This document shows positions 49,580-61,899 of a stretch of 64,000 nucleotides of DNA, piece after piece. The stretch is from Lama guanicoe (Eukaryota). The stretch spans positions 3,437,567-3,501,566 of the forward strand of contig MU053629.1 of the NCBI GenBank assembly GCA_013239625.1. The letters run 5' to 3'. The notes beneath the pieces were generated by a model. It saw only the letters and a list, made by a program, of their open reading frames with translations. It was not told the origin of the DNA and did not search any database. Within the stretch, counting starts at the first letter, position 1; each line of letters begins with the position of its first letter. Position numbers and translations under genes: made by a program.

Positions 49580-49937
49580 ATGGGGGAGACACAGCCCCTG
49601 CCACATTTTATATATGCCTACCCCCCTCCACTGCTATCTGTGCTGAAGACTGTCCTCAGGTGATGGGAGTTGCCTTTAGTGGATGCTTCTGGAAGCCCAT
49701 CCCTCCCCTCCCCCAGGCCAGTGACTGACTAGGACATGGGCCCAAAGCCCAGCTCCCTTGCTTCAAGACAGAGACTCTGTAGTGAGATTTCTACTGCAGA
49801 GCTCCCTTGGTGATCAGGCTGAATCAGACTTCATGTGAAACTTTATCGCTCACTCCCCTTCTGAGCGCATGCTCAATGCATCACCTGCTCTCAGATCCCA
49901 CCTTGAGCTCTGCTTCTAAGGAACCTGCCCTAAGACA
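49580..49937 (+). mobile_element. ERVL solo LTR (LTR16-like)
   Basis: ccccagctcccttgcttcaaga ... gctctgcttctaaggaacctgccctaagaca. Confidence 0.8.
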
Positions 49938-49939
49938 CC

Positions 49940-50330
49940 AAGGAGATAAAACATGGAGCCAGAAGCTCAGGTCCAAACCTGAGAGCTGTAAGGTAAGTAG
50001 AAGTTAACGAGAGAAGGGTAGGTAGCAGCAAGAGCTTTCCAAGCAGAGGAAAACCGTATGTGCAAAGGCCCTGTGACGGGAGGGAACAAAGAGCATTCAG
50101 AACACTAAAAGAAAGCTACTGTAGCTGGAGCTCAGAGGAGGAATCAGTGGTGGGAGATGAGGCTGGAAAGGCAGGGACATGACAGACAATACAAGCTCAC
50201 TTTAAGGATCTGGAACGTTATCTTAAGAGGGATGGGAGCTATCGAAGGGTCTTAACCAGGTATAGAGGAGACTTGTAACAAATTTGTGTTTCAAAGTTCA
50301 CTTACTTGGTGGAGACAGGTTTAGGGTAGA
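49940..50330 (-). mobile_element. L2 LINE fragment
   Basis: ttccaagcagaggaaaaccgtatgtgcaaaggccctgtg...gtagctggagctcag...gagatgaggctggaaaggcagg. Confidence 0.8.
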
Positions 50331-50649
50331 AAGAATGATTATTCTGTGACTTCTTGAAGTGTAGCATACATCCCCTTTACTTTCAAATAGGAAATAAGGT
50401 GACCAAGAGCAGAAAGGGTTGAACCATTGCCTGTGGCAACTATAGATCTATCATGATTTGAAACGATTTCTGGGAGGGAAACGGTAAACCAGGAGGAGGT
50501 GAATGCCTCCTGGGAAAGAAAGAAGACTGGTCAAATCTCCTAGGAGACATGCTAACGACAGATATCAGACAATAATCCAATGGCTTTTACTAACAGTTAA
50601 GTCCTTATTGACAGAATACTTTTAGCTGATGTACCTGGTTTACCTGGGT

Positions 50650-51870
50650 GTCTAGGATTGCTTATGGTAAATAAATATGGAAATCTATGAATTTATGGAG
50701 CATGGATCCCTTTTGTCACCTAAGCTATGTAACTGAGTCTAAAGTGTTGATGTTTCAAAGCCAAAATGGTTGCCTTCTGCGGAAGTAATGTGGTTACAAA
50801 TAGCTCTTAGAGACTTCATATGTAAATCTGGGCAGAACAAGATTTAATGAAAAGGATTTAATGGGTTGCTTTAATGGGCCCAGACCTCCCCGTTTCATTT
50901 GTGCTTCCTGTATTCTTGAAATTATTCATATATCTTTTATTAAGCTTTTATTGGGGGGGATTAGGTTTATTTATTTATTTATTTATTTAATATTTTTTAC
51001 AGAGGTACTGGGGATTGAACCCAGGACCTCATGTATGCTAAGCACACATTCTACCCCTAAGCTACACCCTCCCCCATTCATATATCTTGATACCAGGTAA
51101 GGCCTCTGATTCATGAGAGTCTGATTTGACAATGCAAGGTACTGTGTCTTCTCAGTGGGACAATATATGCAGTCACATCTCCACGTTCGTTAAATGTAAA
51201 TTTTCTCTGCCTTTTGCCTTGTCTCTCACAGAGCTGATGTTTTAAGGTTCCAATTACATCTATAAAGTCTCCAAAATTCCTTTGTCACTGACTGTGTCCG
51301 AATGGGTAGCTCAGAGTCTCACATCCTACCAGCCCAGCAGGAGTTCAATGTTTCCTCCAGTAAGAACCCCTTTTATCAATTCTCTCTGAGCTCTTCTCCT
51401 CAACAAGGCCTCTAGATTTCAAGAAACCTTGCCCACAGAACAAGTTACATTTACCAAGAAAAAATTAAAATAGTTTTTCCAACTTTAATCAGATGTTCAT
51501 AACTACCAGTCCAGAGCTTCTGACCAGCGTGAAACCACCTACCATGTGAACTTGACAGCATTTCAGATAAAAGCGAAGAAAATGGTCTCTTAACGTAGAT
51601 AAATGTTCAATGGGGGAAAAAGAGAGATTCCGTTTGAGATTTTGGAAATACTTCTTAAAGGGACCCTAGGTTGGAAACTATGCATATGCCTTTATTCTCA
51701 TTCACCTTGTTCCTCACTTACCATTTCTCTGACTGTTCACAAAGCTCTTCAATTCTTCCCACAGTTTATTTGCTCCCACCTCAGTACTTCGACCACCTGT
51801 ATGATCTTAATGTTATCAGCAAGCCTGAATCTCACCATGAACACTGACTTTCAAATTCCATGTAAAAATG
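50650..51870 (-). mobile_element. Highly decayed CR1-clade LINE (RT region to 3' end), interrupted by a SINE
   Basis: Minus strand ~51823-51722 gives LADNIKIIQVV..NKLWEEL..LCEQSEKW with frameshifts (cf. FADDTKL..KLQEDL..L.EWAEKW); support for the left part is weaker. Confidence 0.55.
50937..51075 (-). mobile_element. tRNA-Ala-derived SINE (vic-1 type) with TSD
   Basis: gaggtactggggattgaacccaggacctcatgtatgctaagc; 13-bp TSD attcatatatctt at 50924-50936 and 51076-51088. Confidence 0.95.
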
Positions 51871-52819
51871 TGAAATAACCACCCAAGGAGTAACTCACTG
51901 AGGGTGACCCTGAACCCACCTAGGACCCTTTTCTCTCCACCTGGATGTCCTCCTAATGGCTTTGGGTTCCAGTATCTCTCTGTGTGACCCTGGCTCAGCC
52001 TCCCGCCCCTCTCTGGTGGGTGTCTTCCCAAGGGGAGTGAACAGAGGGATCCACAGTTTGCAAGTGGAAAAAATTAAATCTCCTACTTGTGTTAGTTTTC
52101 CTAAAAGGTGAAAAATCGTTTTTATTAAACACCTAGTGTGCACTGGCAAGCAGGACGTGTATATACTTTATTAAGAAATTTACATATATTGGGGTGGAAC
52201 TCGAAACTTTTCTTATGAAGAACAGTGGATAATTCAAAAAAAAATGGGAATGCCATTGCTGAAAATATTCTCCCATCCCTTACCCTCTTTTCTATCCCTC
52301 TTTTCTTCCTACCTCCAGCCCTACTGCCTGGGTGTTTTTCTAGCGGCCATCACCCTCAAATCTCCGCTCTGTTGCTGTCTGCTTCTGACCTCTAGGCTTG
52401 CTCTCCACCCAGTCTCCTCGATATGATGTTTCAGAGGCCCCTTGTATACTCACTGGCCATCATTGGGGCCTGGACCCCACTCCCCAGGACAGCCCTACAA
52501 GCTCCCACTCCCAGACCCAGTTCCTGAGCCCACAGCCCAGCTCAAAGCCCCAGGCTGCTATTTATGTGCGTAGTTGTATAGTCAAAACATACCAACAATA
52601 CTAAAATGTCCCTTGAAAATGTTACATAATGTAGTCCACACTAGAACCAGAATCTAAATACTTGCCAGTAGGGATTGGGGAGAAAAATATGGTATATGTA
52701 CAAGATGGTCTATTATGCAGCCATTAAAATTATATTCTCCAGAAATTTCTAATAGCATGGGGAAATTTTCAATAAGATCAAGTACAAAAGCAGGATTTAA
52801 AATCTATATAAATGTAATC

Positions 52820-53785
52820 TCTCCAAAGAAGACATACAAATGACCAATATGTACATGAAAGGATGTCCAGCATAACTAATCATCAGGGAAATGCAAATCA
52901 AAACCACAATGAGATACCACCCCATTGGGTGTAACACCGGTTAGAATGGGTATTTTCAAAAAAGACAAGAAATAACAAGTGTTGGCAAGGATGTGGAGAA
53001 AAGGGAGCGCTGTGCACTGTTGGTGGGGATGTAAACTGGTGCAGCCACTATGGAAAACAGTCTGGAGGTTCCCTCCAAAATTCAAAGGAGAACTACCATA
53101 TGATCCACAATTTTACTTCCGGGTATTTATCCAAAGGAAATGAAATCACTGTTCTGAAAAGATATCTACACCCTCATGTTCGTTGCAGAATTATTCACAA
53201 TGGCTGAGACATGGAAACAACCTAAATGCCCATCGGTGAATGAATGGATAAAGAAAACATCACACATATATACAACAGAGTATTATTCAGCCATAAAAAA
53301 GGAGGAAATCTTGCCATTTGTGACAACATGGATGGACCTCGGGGGCATTATGCTAAGTGAAATAAGTCAGAGAAAGACAAATACTATATGATCTCACTTA
53401 TATGTGGAATCTAAAAAAGAAAAACCACCAAACTCATACATACAGAGAGCAGACTGATGGCTGCCAGAGGTTGGGGGTGGTAGAAAAGGTGAAATGGGTG
53501 AAGGTGGTCAAAAAGCACAAACTTCCAGTTATAAGTCCTGGGGATGTAATGCACAGAATGGTGACTATACTCAACACTACTGTACTGTATGTTTGAAAGT
53601 TGCCGAGAGTAGCTCTTAAAAGTTCTCATCACAGGGAAAGAAATATGTGTGGTGATGGATGTTAACGAAACCTATTTGTGGTAATCATTTTGCAGTATAT
53701 ACATTTATCAAATCATTATGCTGTATACCTAAAACTAATACAAATGCTATATGTCAATTATCATTCAATTTGAAAAAAAGAAAAC
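52820..53785 (+). mobile_element. 5'-truncated L1 (L1MA9-like)
   Basis: ORF 53176-53391 MFVAELFTMAETWKQPKCPSVNEWIKK..EYYSAIKK..WMDLGGIMLSEISQ is the L1 ORF2 C-terminus; 3'UTR follows. Confidence 0.95.
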
Positions 53786-53887
53786 CAGATCAGAAGATAG
53801 TCTTCAGATAGGATGAAAGAAACATGGAAACTGACACACAGACCAAGTTTTCCAGACAATCACAATCTCCAGGTTTACAGTCAATGG

Positions 53888-53901
53888 TAGTAGTAGTAGT
53901 A

Positions 53902-53950
<49 letters not shown>
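53888..53950. repeat. (TAG)5(TAA)16 compound trinucleotide microsatellite
   Basis: Directly visible. Confidence 0.97.
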
Positions 53951-53951
<1 letters not shown>

Positions 53952-54949
53952 CTTAAAATCAATCAATCATGATTTTCCAGAAGGAAAATTAGCTCCTCTG
54001 ATCACTGGATTTGAGTGTATAAATTTTGTTAATACAAGAACCTGCCATGGGTCAGGTTCTAGGAGACATATCTTACATCAATTCCTGGGGGGAAAAAAGA
54101 GTATAATTCAACTCTGAATATGCAAATATGCATAGGGAAAAAAACCTGAAAGGCAATACACCAGAAAGTTACTAGAGGTTTTCTCATCCTTCCTTCACTA
54201 ATTCAAGCACGCACTGAGGCTCCTCACGTGTCTGGCACTGAGCTAGGCCCTGATTTATGGGATCGTGGCTGATTTGGGTTTTCTGCTTTATACATTTCTG
54301 GGTTTTTCTAGTTTTCTGCAAAGAGCAAGTTTTACTTTTACACCTACGAAAATAAAACAGAACCAAACGTATTTTTCTTATGAAAGCTTAGACTGTGAAT
54401 CCGAACACTGTTTTGAAAATCTGAATTCCACATACTGATTCCTGCTTGCTCACAACATTTTTTTTACCGTTTGTAAAAATTTCTAGGGGGTAACCAGGTA
54501 TCATTGCTTCTAGAGAAATGCTTTTCCTGGGTAGTTACCCTTCCAAGGAATTCAAGGATCTTACCTCTTATCATCAGGTACCCTCCCCCACACTCAATCC
54601 CAGAGCCCCTGAACATTAGTCACTGAGCCCAACTTAGCCAGCAAAGGGGCTGTGACACAGCCAACCCGCATCTCCAGTGGTGTCCAGACATAAAAAGTGG
54701 TGACAACTTCAACAGGAAGGAGTGAGGTCAGACAAAAGGCAGAACTTTTCTTTCGGCATCATGATTAAACCAGAATTGGGGAGGCTCCTTTCTCTAAGGG
54801 GAGTGAGCTGGGAAAAAACAGCCTGCTGGAGCCTCCTTCCGGCCCCAAGATCACCGTGTGCCTCTAAGGGGTCTTGGCTGGGGTCCTGTCCCCAGAGACA
54901 ACTGCCACCGAGATCCAAAGCATCCCTCAGCCTCCACACTGCCAAAGAA

Positions 54950-55034
54950 GTGTTTATTTATCTACTTTTTAATTGAAGTATAGTCGATTTACAATGTTGT
55001 GTTAGTTTCTGATGTATAGCACAGTGAGTCAGCC

Positions 55035-55067
<33 letters not shown>

Positions 55068-55153
55068 CTTTTTCATATTCTTTTTCTTCATAGGCTATTA
55101 CAAGATATTGAATATAGTTCCTTGTGCTATAATAAGGTGGGACCTTGTTGTTT
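54950..55153 (-). mobile_element. Short cetartiodactyl-type L1 3' end with TSD
   Basis: aattgaagtatagtcgatttacaatgttgtgttagtttctg; TSD tgccaaagaa at 54940-54949 and 55154-55163. Confidence 0.92.
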
Positions 55154-55755
55154 TGCCAAAGAATTAGTTAGAAACAAACCTGAAGCCAGCTGGCCGGGCT
55201 GCCCAGGCATGCACACCTCATCTGGGAGGGGTTGTGGTCAGGACCGAAAGGCCTCCGTGCTACTCAGGGTCAGAGAGTCTCTGAGCGGGCAGCACGTGAT
55301 GCCCAGGGACAGGTCCGAACAGAAGCCCTCACACCTTGCATAATCCACACTTCTCTCTCTCCCACCCCAACCTTGGTTCCCACCACTTCACCACTTCTTC
55401 CTCTAGTCCTTAGCCTTAGTGGTAGCCCCCTTCCTCCATTCTTATCTTTCCCTGCTGCCTCCTCTTCCTCTGGGCTGAAAATGGGGCTGGAGGGGCTGTT
55501 CCAAGGCTGAGGAGGGAGACCCCACCCCAAGCTGCCCTCAGAGCAGAGTGGGGAGAATAGAGCCCTTGAGGGTAGGGGACACCAGAAAAAAAAGGGGGGG
55601 CAGGTGAAAGCACACAGAGCCCAGGGATGCTGAGGCCAAGCAGAGCTGTACGGGGCTGTTTACAGGATGAGAGGGGGATGTGAGGGGCTGTGATGGATCA
55701 AGGGGACCACAGATGGACAAACAGTAGGGAAGGCCTTACAAAAGAACTTAGGTTA

Positions 55756-55862
55756 GGGGGGAGGGTATAGCTCAGTGGTAGAGCACGTATTTAGTATGCA
55801 CAAGGTCCTGGGTTCAATTCTCAGTGCCTCTATTAAAAAAAGAAAGAAAAGAAAGGGGGAAA
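55756..55862 (+). mobile_element. tRNA-Ala-derived SINE (vic-1 type) with TSD
   Basis: ggggggagggtatagctcagtggtagagcac...gggttcaatt; imperfect TSD aac(t/c)taggtta on both sides. Confidence 0.93.
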
Positions 55863-56079
55863 AAAAAACCTAGGTTATTCTACAGTGAATACAAACACTC
55901 CCTGCCCATTTAGTGTTTTCCTAAATGATGCTTTTAACACCCTGGAACGTTTCCTATGGTTAAAAACCTGCATCCAGACATTGACATTAATGCCAGTGGG
56001 GTGAGTTGGCTTTCCCCAGTGTCCCGAAAAAGGAATGGCAGAAGGATGCCAAAGCCATTGTAAGTACTGAGTCCCTCAT

Positions 56080-56225
56080 GTACAAACACACAAACACACA
56101 CAACGGACAACACCACACAAGCATGCACACACACGGGTATCACACATACACACACCAGTACCAGACATGTACACACAACACATGCATACGCGCGCAGCAC
56201 ATACAATACACACTCCATCAACACA
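56080..56225. repeat. Degenerate CA-rich low-complexity tract
   Basis: Interrupted (CA)n. Confidence 0.8.
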
Positions 56226-57699
56226 GCCATCAGCCACTAGGGCAATCAAAGCCCAGTGCCGGCTTGGCAGACCATTTGGACCCCTGTGTTTTCACAATAA
56301 AACATTTAATGGCAAAGGAGAGCAATGATGCCTGTGGTGAGTGGGCACTGTGTCCCTCTGCACTAAGGTCAAGTCCCATTCTCCCCAGTAACAGCCACTC
56401 AGCCGTAGTGAGAAAGTTGGGGGGGGTGCTTCTGCACTCCGGGGAGGGGGAAGAGGGAGCACACGGCAGCCGCCTGGCGGACTGCCCCAACCTCCCAAGG
56501 GCAGCCCCGCCCCCACTGCACCTGCCTCTGGCCTCCCCTACATCCCGCCAACCCCTCTGGGTCTGAGCAGCAATACCCACCCCCTCAACACACCCCCTCC
56601 TCCATCAATTCACCCAATACAAGATGTTGAAGAAGTCCTACCCTTTCTGGAAGCTTCCTTTTGTACTAGTGGTTGGGTTTCCTTCAGGACTGACTGCCAG
56701 GCTGGGCTGTGCTCCCCCTTCCTGGAGCTCTGGTCCCCACGGGGATCGGACGGTCCTCTCAGGGGGAGGCAGCCTGGCCCAGGGGGTGCCAAAGCAGATA
56801 TACGAGGAGCATGCGAGAACAGTGACAGAGAAAGATGCCACTCTTCTTCGGTCCTGCTGACCTGGTCCTTCCACCCTCCAGGGCCGGAAGAAACTGACCA
56901 CGAGCATCTGGACACGTGAGACAGCTGCTAGTCCCCCGCCTTCACCCCAGACCCTCTCATGACTGGAGAAAGCCCCCTACTCAGCTCACACCACAGGGAG
57001 AGAGGCTCGAGGAGCCCTAACTCCCAAACATCAGCCCCAGTTCCCACCCACCTCAGCCCCTTGCCTCTCTGCCCACCCCCAGCAACCCCAAGGCGCCGCC
57101 GGCAAGCCCACGAGCCTGCGCCTGCGCAACCGCCGCTTCCCAGGTGGGGCCGCAGCTGAGATCATCCTTCCTGGAGATCAGAGCATCGATCCATTGGTTC
57201 CTGGGGCCTGCCTTAAGTGCGGGCCACTGCGCAGTATTTATGGAGTGTGATAAATCCTCTGCAGGAGAGGAAAGTCACTTTGAGTTGCACCCACCTCTTC
57301 ATGCTTTTGTTCTTCCATTTGGACCTGGAGGCTATGGAGGAGGTGGGGTCTTAGGGGTTCCGCTCAGACTCTGGGGTCCCAGTGCAGGAACTAGAGGCTT
57401 AAGCTGTCCTGAATGCAGACTGCGAGTACATGAGCGGTGACCTCTCAGACCCCCTCCTGTGCCACGATTTACCTGCTTAAAGGAAGGATACGATCCGACG
57501 GAGAACTCTGACCCCAGCGGGAAACTGAGTCAAGCAGTCCCAGCTCTGACCCAAGCACCTCTGCTCTTCCCTCCCCGCTCAACCCAAATTAAGCAAAACA
57601 AGACCCTTCAGAGGTTAGAAACAATCGCCCAGATTAAATAGGACATAGACAGCAAGCAAGCAATGCAATTATGCACAATTCTTAATTAGAGCTTCGTTT

Positions 57700-58060
57700 G
57701 GAAAGAAAAACAGCTGTAAGAGACACTTTAGGGACAACAGAGAAAACTTTAATATGAAGTGGGTATTAGAAGATATTAGGATATTAATTTTGTTAGCTGC
57801 GATAGCATTCTTGTAATTATTTTTTAAATGTTTTCAATTTTTGGCTTATTATCTGTGTGCTGACATGGTTAAAAGTAAATATGATGTTGTAATTTACTTT
57901 AAAATGGGGTTCTGCAAAAAAGATAATAGATGAGGCAAATATAGAAAAAATGATAACCACAGTTGAATGTTGGTGGTAGTATATGCATTTTTATTGTACG
58001 GCTATGTCCAATTTTCTTTGCCTTTGCAGATTTTCATAATAAAAAGTTGAAACAAAAACA
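57700..58060 (+). mobile_element. Old L1MC/ME 3' end
   Basis: aatatgaagtgggtattagaagatattagg...gattttcataataaaaagtt. Confidence 0.75.
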
Positions 58061-58164
58061 AACAGATCAAAAAACATTCTTAAAAGGAGGAAGAGAGAGT
58101 CACAAAGAATACTTCCAGACCACGTGGTGCCATTGGCAAGCCCAGATTTTAGCTGCTGAGCAAC

Positions 58165-58350
58165 TTCTAGTGGAAAGGGCACGTGCACTGAAGTTGAAGA
58201 GCCTGGATTCAAGGCTAGCCCAGCCCCTCCTATCTGCCTGCACTTACTTTCTCTGAGTCTCAGTTTTTTTCCTATCTGTTAAGAGGGAGTAATAAAACCA
58301 TCCTCACTAAGTTGTGAGAACTCAGTCAACTTTTGCACATGGAAGCACAT
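58165..58350 (+). mobile_element. MIR SINE
   Basis: cttactttctctgagtctcagttttttcctatctgttaagagggagtaataa. Confidence 0.75.
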
Positions 58351-59317
58351 AACACCCTGTGGGTCCTCACAAAGGACCAGGAAGAGGACAGCCTAGCAAG
58401 ACAGAAAACTTTCAAATTATACTCATTCTACTACAGCCAAACACCTACTGTGACCCCACCAGCAAAGGATAAGTGGGGAACAGGTTATAACAAGTCACTC
58501 TAACCCTGCCTTGGGGGCACTGTCAGAAAAGGGTAAGTAGGGAGCCAGGACTTTCATCCGTACCAGCTGGTAACAAAGTGCCCACGTAGTGTAAGTGAAG
58601 ATCATGTGCGGAGCCAGAACTCCCACTCCTCCCCAGCAGGAACAAATACCCACCCCCTACTGTTAGGTGTCAATAGGGGCCAACTGGGAAACCTAGACTT
58701 CTAACTCTACCTGACAGTTACGAGGCAGCAACCCTCAATTCCCCTGCCAGAGAGTTGTCAGAGAAAGCCAATTAAAACAGAGGTATAAATAAGATCCAGA
58801 GTCTCATAATAACATGAGATAAAATAACATTTTCATAACATGAAAATGTCTAGGTTTCAATCAAAAGTCACTCAACATACTAAGAACCCGGAAGATCTCA
58901 AACTGAATGAAAGAGAATAATCAATAAACATAAGCTACACAAAAGCAAACCCCAAACAAGATAAACCCAAAGAAATCCACTCTAAGATACATAATAATTA
59001 AATTTCTAAAAACTAAGGAAAAAAATCTTAAAAGCAGCCAGAAATTATAAAAATTAACCAAATAGAATGTCCTGAGTTGAAAGGTACAATAACTAGTATG
59101 AAAAAACATCAGATTTGAACAGGCAGAAGAAAGAATAAGTGAACTTGAAGATAGCTCAATTGAGATTATCCAATCTGAATGGAAAAGAACAAACAAAAAA
59201 TGTCAGGGACCCAGAGACTTGTGGTACACCATTAAGAATGTCAATACATGTATAATGAGAGTCCCAGAAGGAGAGGAGAGAAAAGGGCAGGAAGAATACA
59301 TAAAGAAATAATGGCTG

Positions 59318-59364
59318 ACAAATATCATATGATATCGCTTATAAGTGGAATCTAAAAAAAAAAA

Positions 59365-59400
<36 letters not shown>

Positions 59401-59698
59401 CAGAAATAGACTCAAAGACATAGAGAACTGTGATTACCAAGGGAAAAGGAGTGTGGATAGATTGGGGGGTTGGGGATTAACATATACATGTTATTATATA
59501 TAAAATAGATAAACAACAACAACCTACTGTATAACACAGGAAACTATATTCAATTTCTTGTAATGAGCCATAATGGAAAAGAAACTGAAAAAATATATGT
59601 ATGTATATGTATAACTGAACTGCTTTGCTGTACACCTGAAACTAACATTGTAAATTGACTACACTTCAATAAAAAATAAGAATTGAAAAAAAGAAAAA
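59318..59698 (+). mobile_element. Nested younger cetartiodactyl-type L1 3' end with (TA)n and TSD
   Basis: 16-bp TSD aaagaaa(t/g)aatggctg at 59302-59317 and 59699-59714. Confidence 0.92.
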
Positions 59699-60201
59699 AA
59701 AGAAAGAATGGCTGAAAACTTCCCCCAATTTAATAAAAAAAAAATTACACTTCCAAGAAACTCAACAGACTCCAAGTGGGATAACATCAAAGAGAGCCAC
59801 ACCTAGACACATCATAAACTCCAGAAAGACAAAGATCAAGTGACACTCTTAAAAACAGCAACTCATTACATGAGATCCTCAATAAGATTAACATCTGTTT
59901 TCTCATAAGAAATCATACAGGACAGAAGGCAGTGGGATGATATATTGAGAGTGCTGAAAGAAAAAGACTGTCAACAAAGAATTCTCTACCTAACAAAACT
60001 ATCCTTGAAAAATGAAGAAACTAAGTCATTCTCAGGTAACAACAGAGACAACTCATCACTAGCAAATCTACCCTATAGAAATACTAAAGGGAGTCTTTCA
60101 GACCGAAATGAAAGAACAGTAGACAGTTACTTGAACCCACATAAAGAAAGAAAGAACATCACTAAATGGAACTATGTAGGTAAATAGAAAAGACAGTGTA
60201 A

Positions 60202-60271
60202 AAGGGATCAAAAGGTACAAAGTTCCAGTTATAAAATAAGCAATGAGGGTGTAATTTAAAAAATAAAATTA
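60202..60271 (+). mobile_element. 70-bp L1 3'UTR micro-insertion with TSD
   Basis: tcaaaaggtacaaagttccagttataa resembles 53508-53534; TSD aaaagacagt(g/t)taa at 60188-60201 and 60272-60285. Confidence 0.75.
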
Positions 60272-61899
60272 AAAAGACAGTTTAACTCATTTTTGTTTGT
60301 AACTTTTTCCCTCCTGTATGATTTAAAAGACAGCTGCATGAAGCAATAAATATAAATCCATATTGATGAACACATGATGTATAAAGAGGTCATTTATATG
60401 ACAAATAACATCACAAAGGAGAGGGAGGGGATGGAGCTATATAGGAGCAAAGTTTTTGTATACTTTTTAAATTAAGTTGGTATTAAATATGTGTAGAGGA
60501 AATATTTAAGATAATTACATTATAAATGCAGAAGTTTTATGTATGTAAAGGGAGATAAAGTTTCTATACTTCACTGGAACTGGTAAAATGGTAACACCAG
60601 AAAACCATGATAAATTACGTATATGTAATAAAATACTTAGAGCTACCCCTAAAAAGCCTATACAAAGATATACACACAAAAACACTACAGATAAATAAAA
60701 ATAGCTTTCTAAAAAATGTTTAAGTAATCCCCCAAAGGCAGGAAAAATAAAACAGAGAAATGAAAAACAGAAAAAAAAAAAACAAAAACAAAATGGTAGG
60801 CTTAAGACCTAACATATCAATAATTAAAGTAAATGTAAATGGCCTAAATATACCAGTTAAAAGAGACTGAAAAAGCCAAAATGGGCAGAGGGGATTGAGA
60901 CTGGTAGATAGCTTAAAAAACACAAGTGGCTGAAGTTAAAAACAGTGACAATACCAAAAGCTGACAAGCATGTGGAGAATGTATCCACTCATCTGTTGCT
61001 GGTGGAAATACAAAAGGGTATATGTCAAAACAGTTTGGTTTCTTTAAAAAATAAACATGCAGCTAACATATGACCTGGCAACTGCAATCCTGAGCATTTA
61101 TCCTGGAGAAATGAAGACTTAACATCCACACAAAAACCAATGCAAGAACGTTTATAGCAGCTTTATTTGTAATTGCCCCAAACTGAAGACAACCCGGATA
61201 CCCTCTAATGGGTGAACACTTAAACTGTGGTATATCCATACCATGGAATACTACTCAGCAGTAAAAAGGAACAGACTATGGATAAATGCAACAACCCGGA
61301 TGAAGCTCCAGAGAATTATGCTAAGTGAAGAAAAAAAAAAACCCCAATCAAAGAAGACTATATTCCATTTATAACATTCTTGAAATGACAAAATTATAGA
61401 AATGGAGAACAGATTAGTTGTTGCCTGGGGTTAATGAGGAGGTGGGGTGGGAAGGAAGTGGGTATAGCTATAAAAGAACAATATGAGGGATCCTTGAAGT
61501 GATAAAAATTTTCTGTATCTTGACTATACCAGCCTCAGAGGTTGTGTTAAGGCCCCCATCTGTTCTGGACTCTGCCTGGAGGCCCGTTCCCATTGGTCAA
61601 TGCCTTATTCTAACTGGTAGGGGCTATGATGTACTAACTGTCAAATATTTTGACCACGATGCTGGGTAAGACACTCTCCTGACCCACATGGTCCATGAGG
61701 GAACCTTGTGGAAGTAGCTCCTTGCCCTCCCCTGGGCATATTCAAAATGCCAGGATACATTCCCTTCCCTGCGTGACTCCCTCTGCCAGAGAAGTCAGAG
61801 AAGAAGCATACCGATTCATTGCCCTGAGGACCCAAATCACTTTATAGACCCACAGCACAGACCTAATGAAGCAAAATCAGATATCCCCAGACATACATA

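Larger units (their letters stand above)
52560..54365 (+). mobile_element. Old L1ME-type 3' region, fragmented, hosting a younger L1
   Basis: tattatgcagccattaaaa (52711) and terminal ttttctgctttatacatttctg...gaaaataaaac (54280-54359); continuity between the pieces is inferred. Confidence 0.5.
58365..61527 (+). mobile_element. Internally deleted L1 (L1MC/L1MD-like): 5'UTR, decayed ORF1, ORF2 start joined to ORF2 end, 3'UTR
   Basis: ORF1 CTD remnant RVLKEKDCQQRILYLTKLSLKNE (59945-); ORF2 start MVGLRPNISIIKVNVNGLNIPVKR (60793-); C-terminal/3'UTR sequence from ~60927. Confidence 0.88.

Noticed and set aside
51351..51366. Recursive splice site
   Set aside because: The sequence is ccag-taag, not AG|GTAAG, so no donor is regenerated
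53824..54117. ORF with poly-Val/Ile 'transmembrane' stretch
   Set aside because: Translation of the (TAG)n(TAA)n microsatellite
56006..56566. His/Thr-rich 186-aa ORF
   Set aside because: Translation of a degenerate CA repeat
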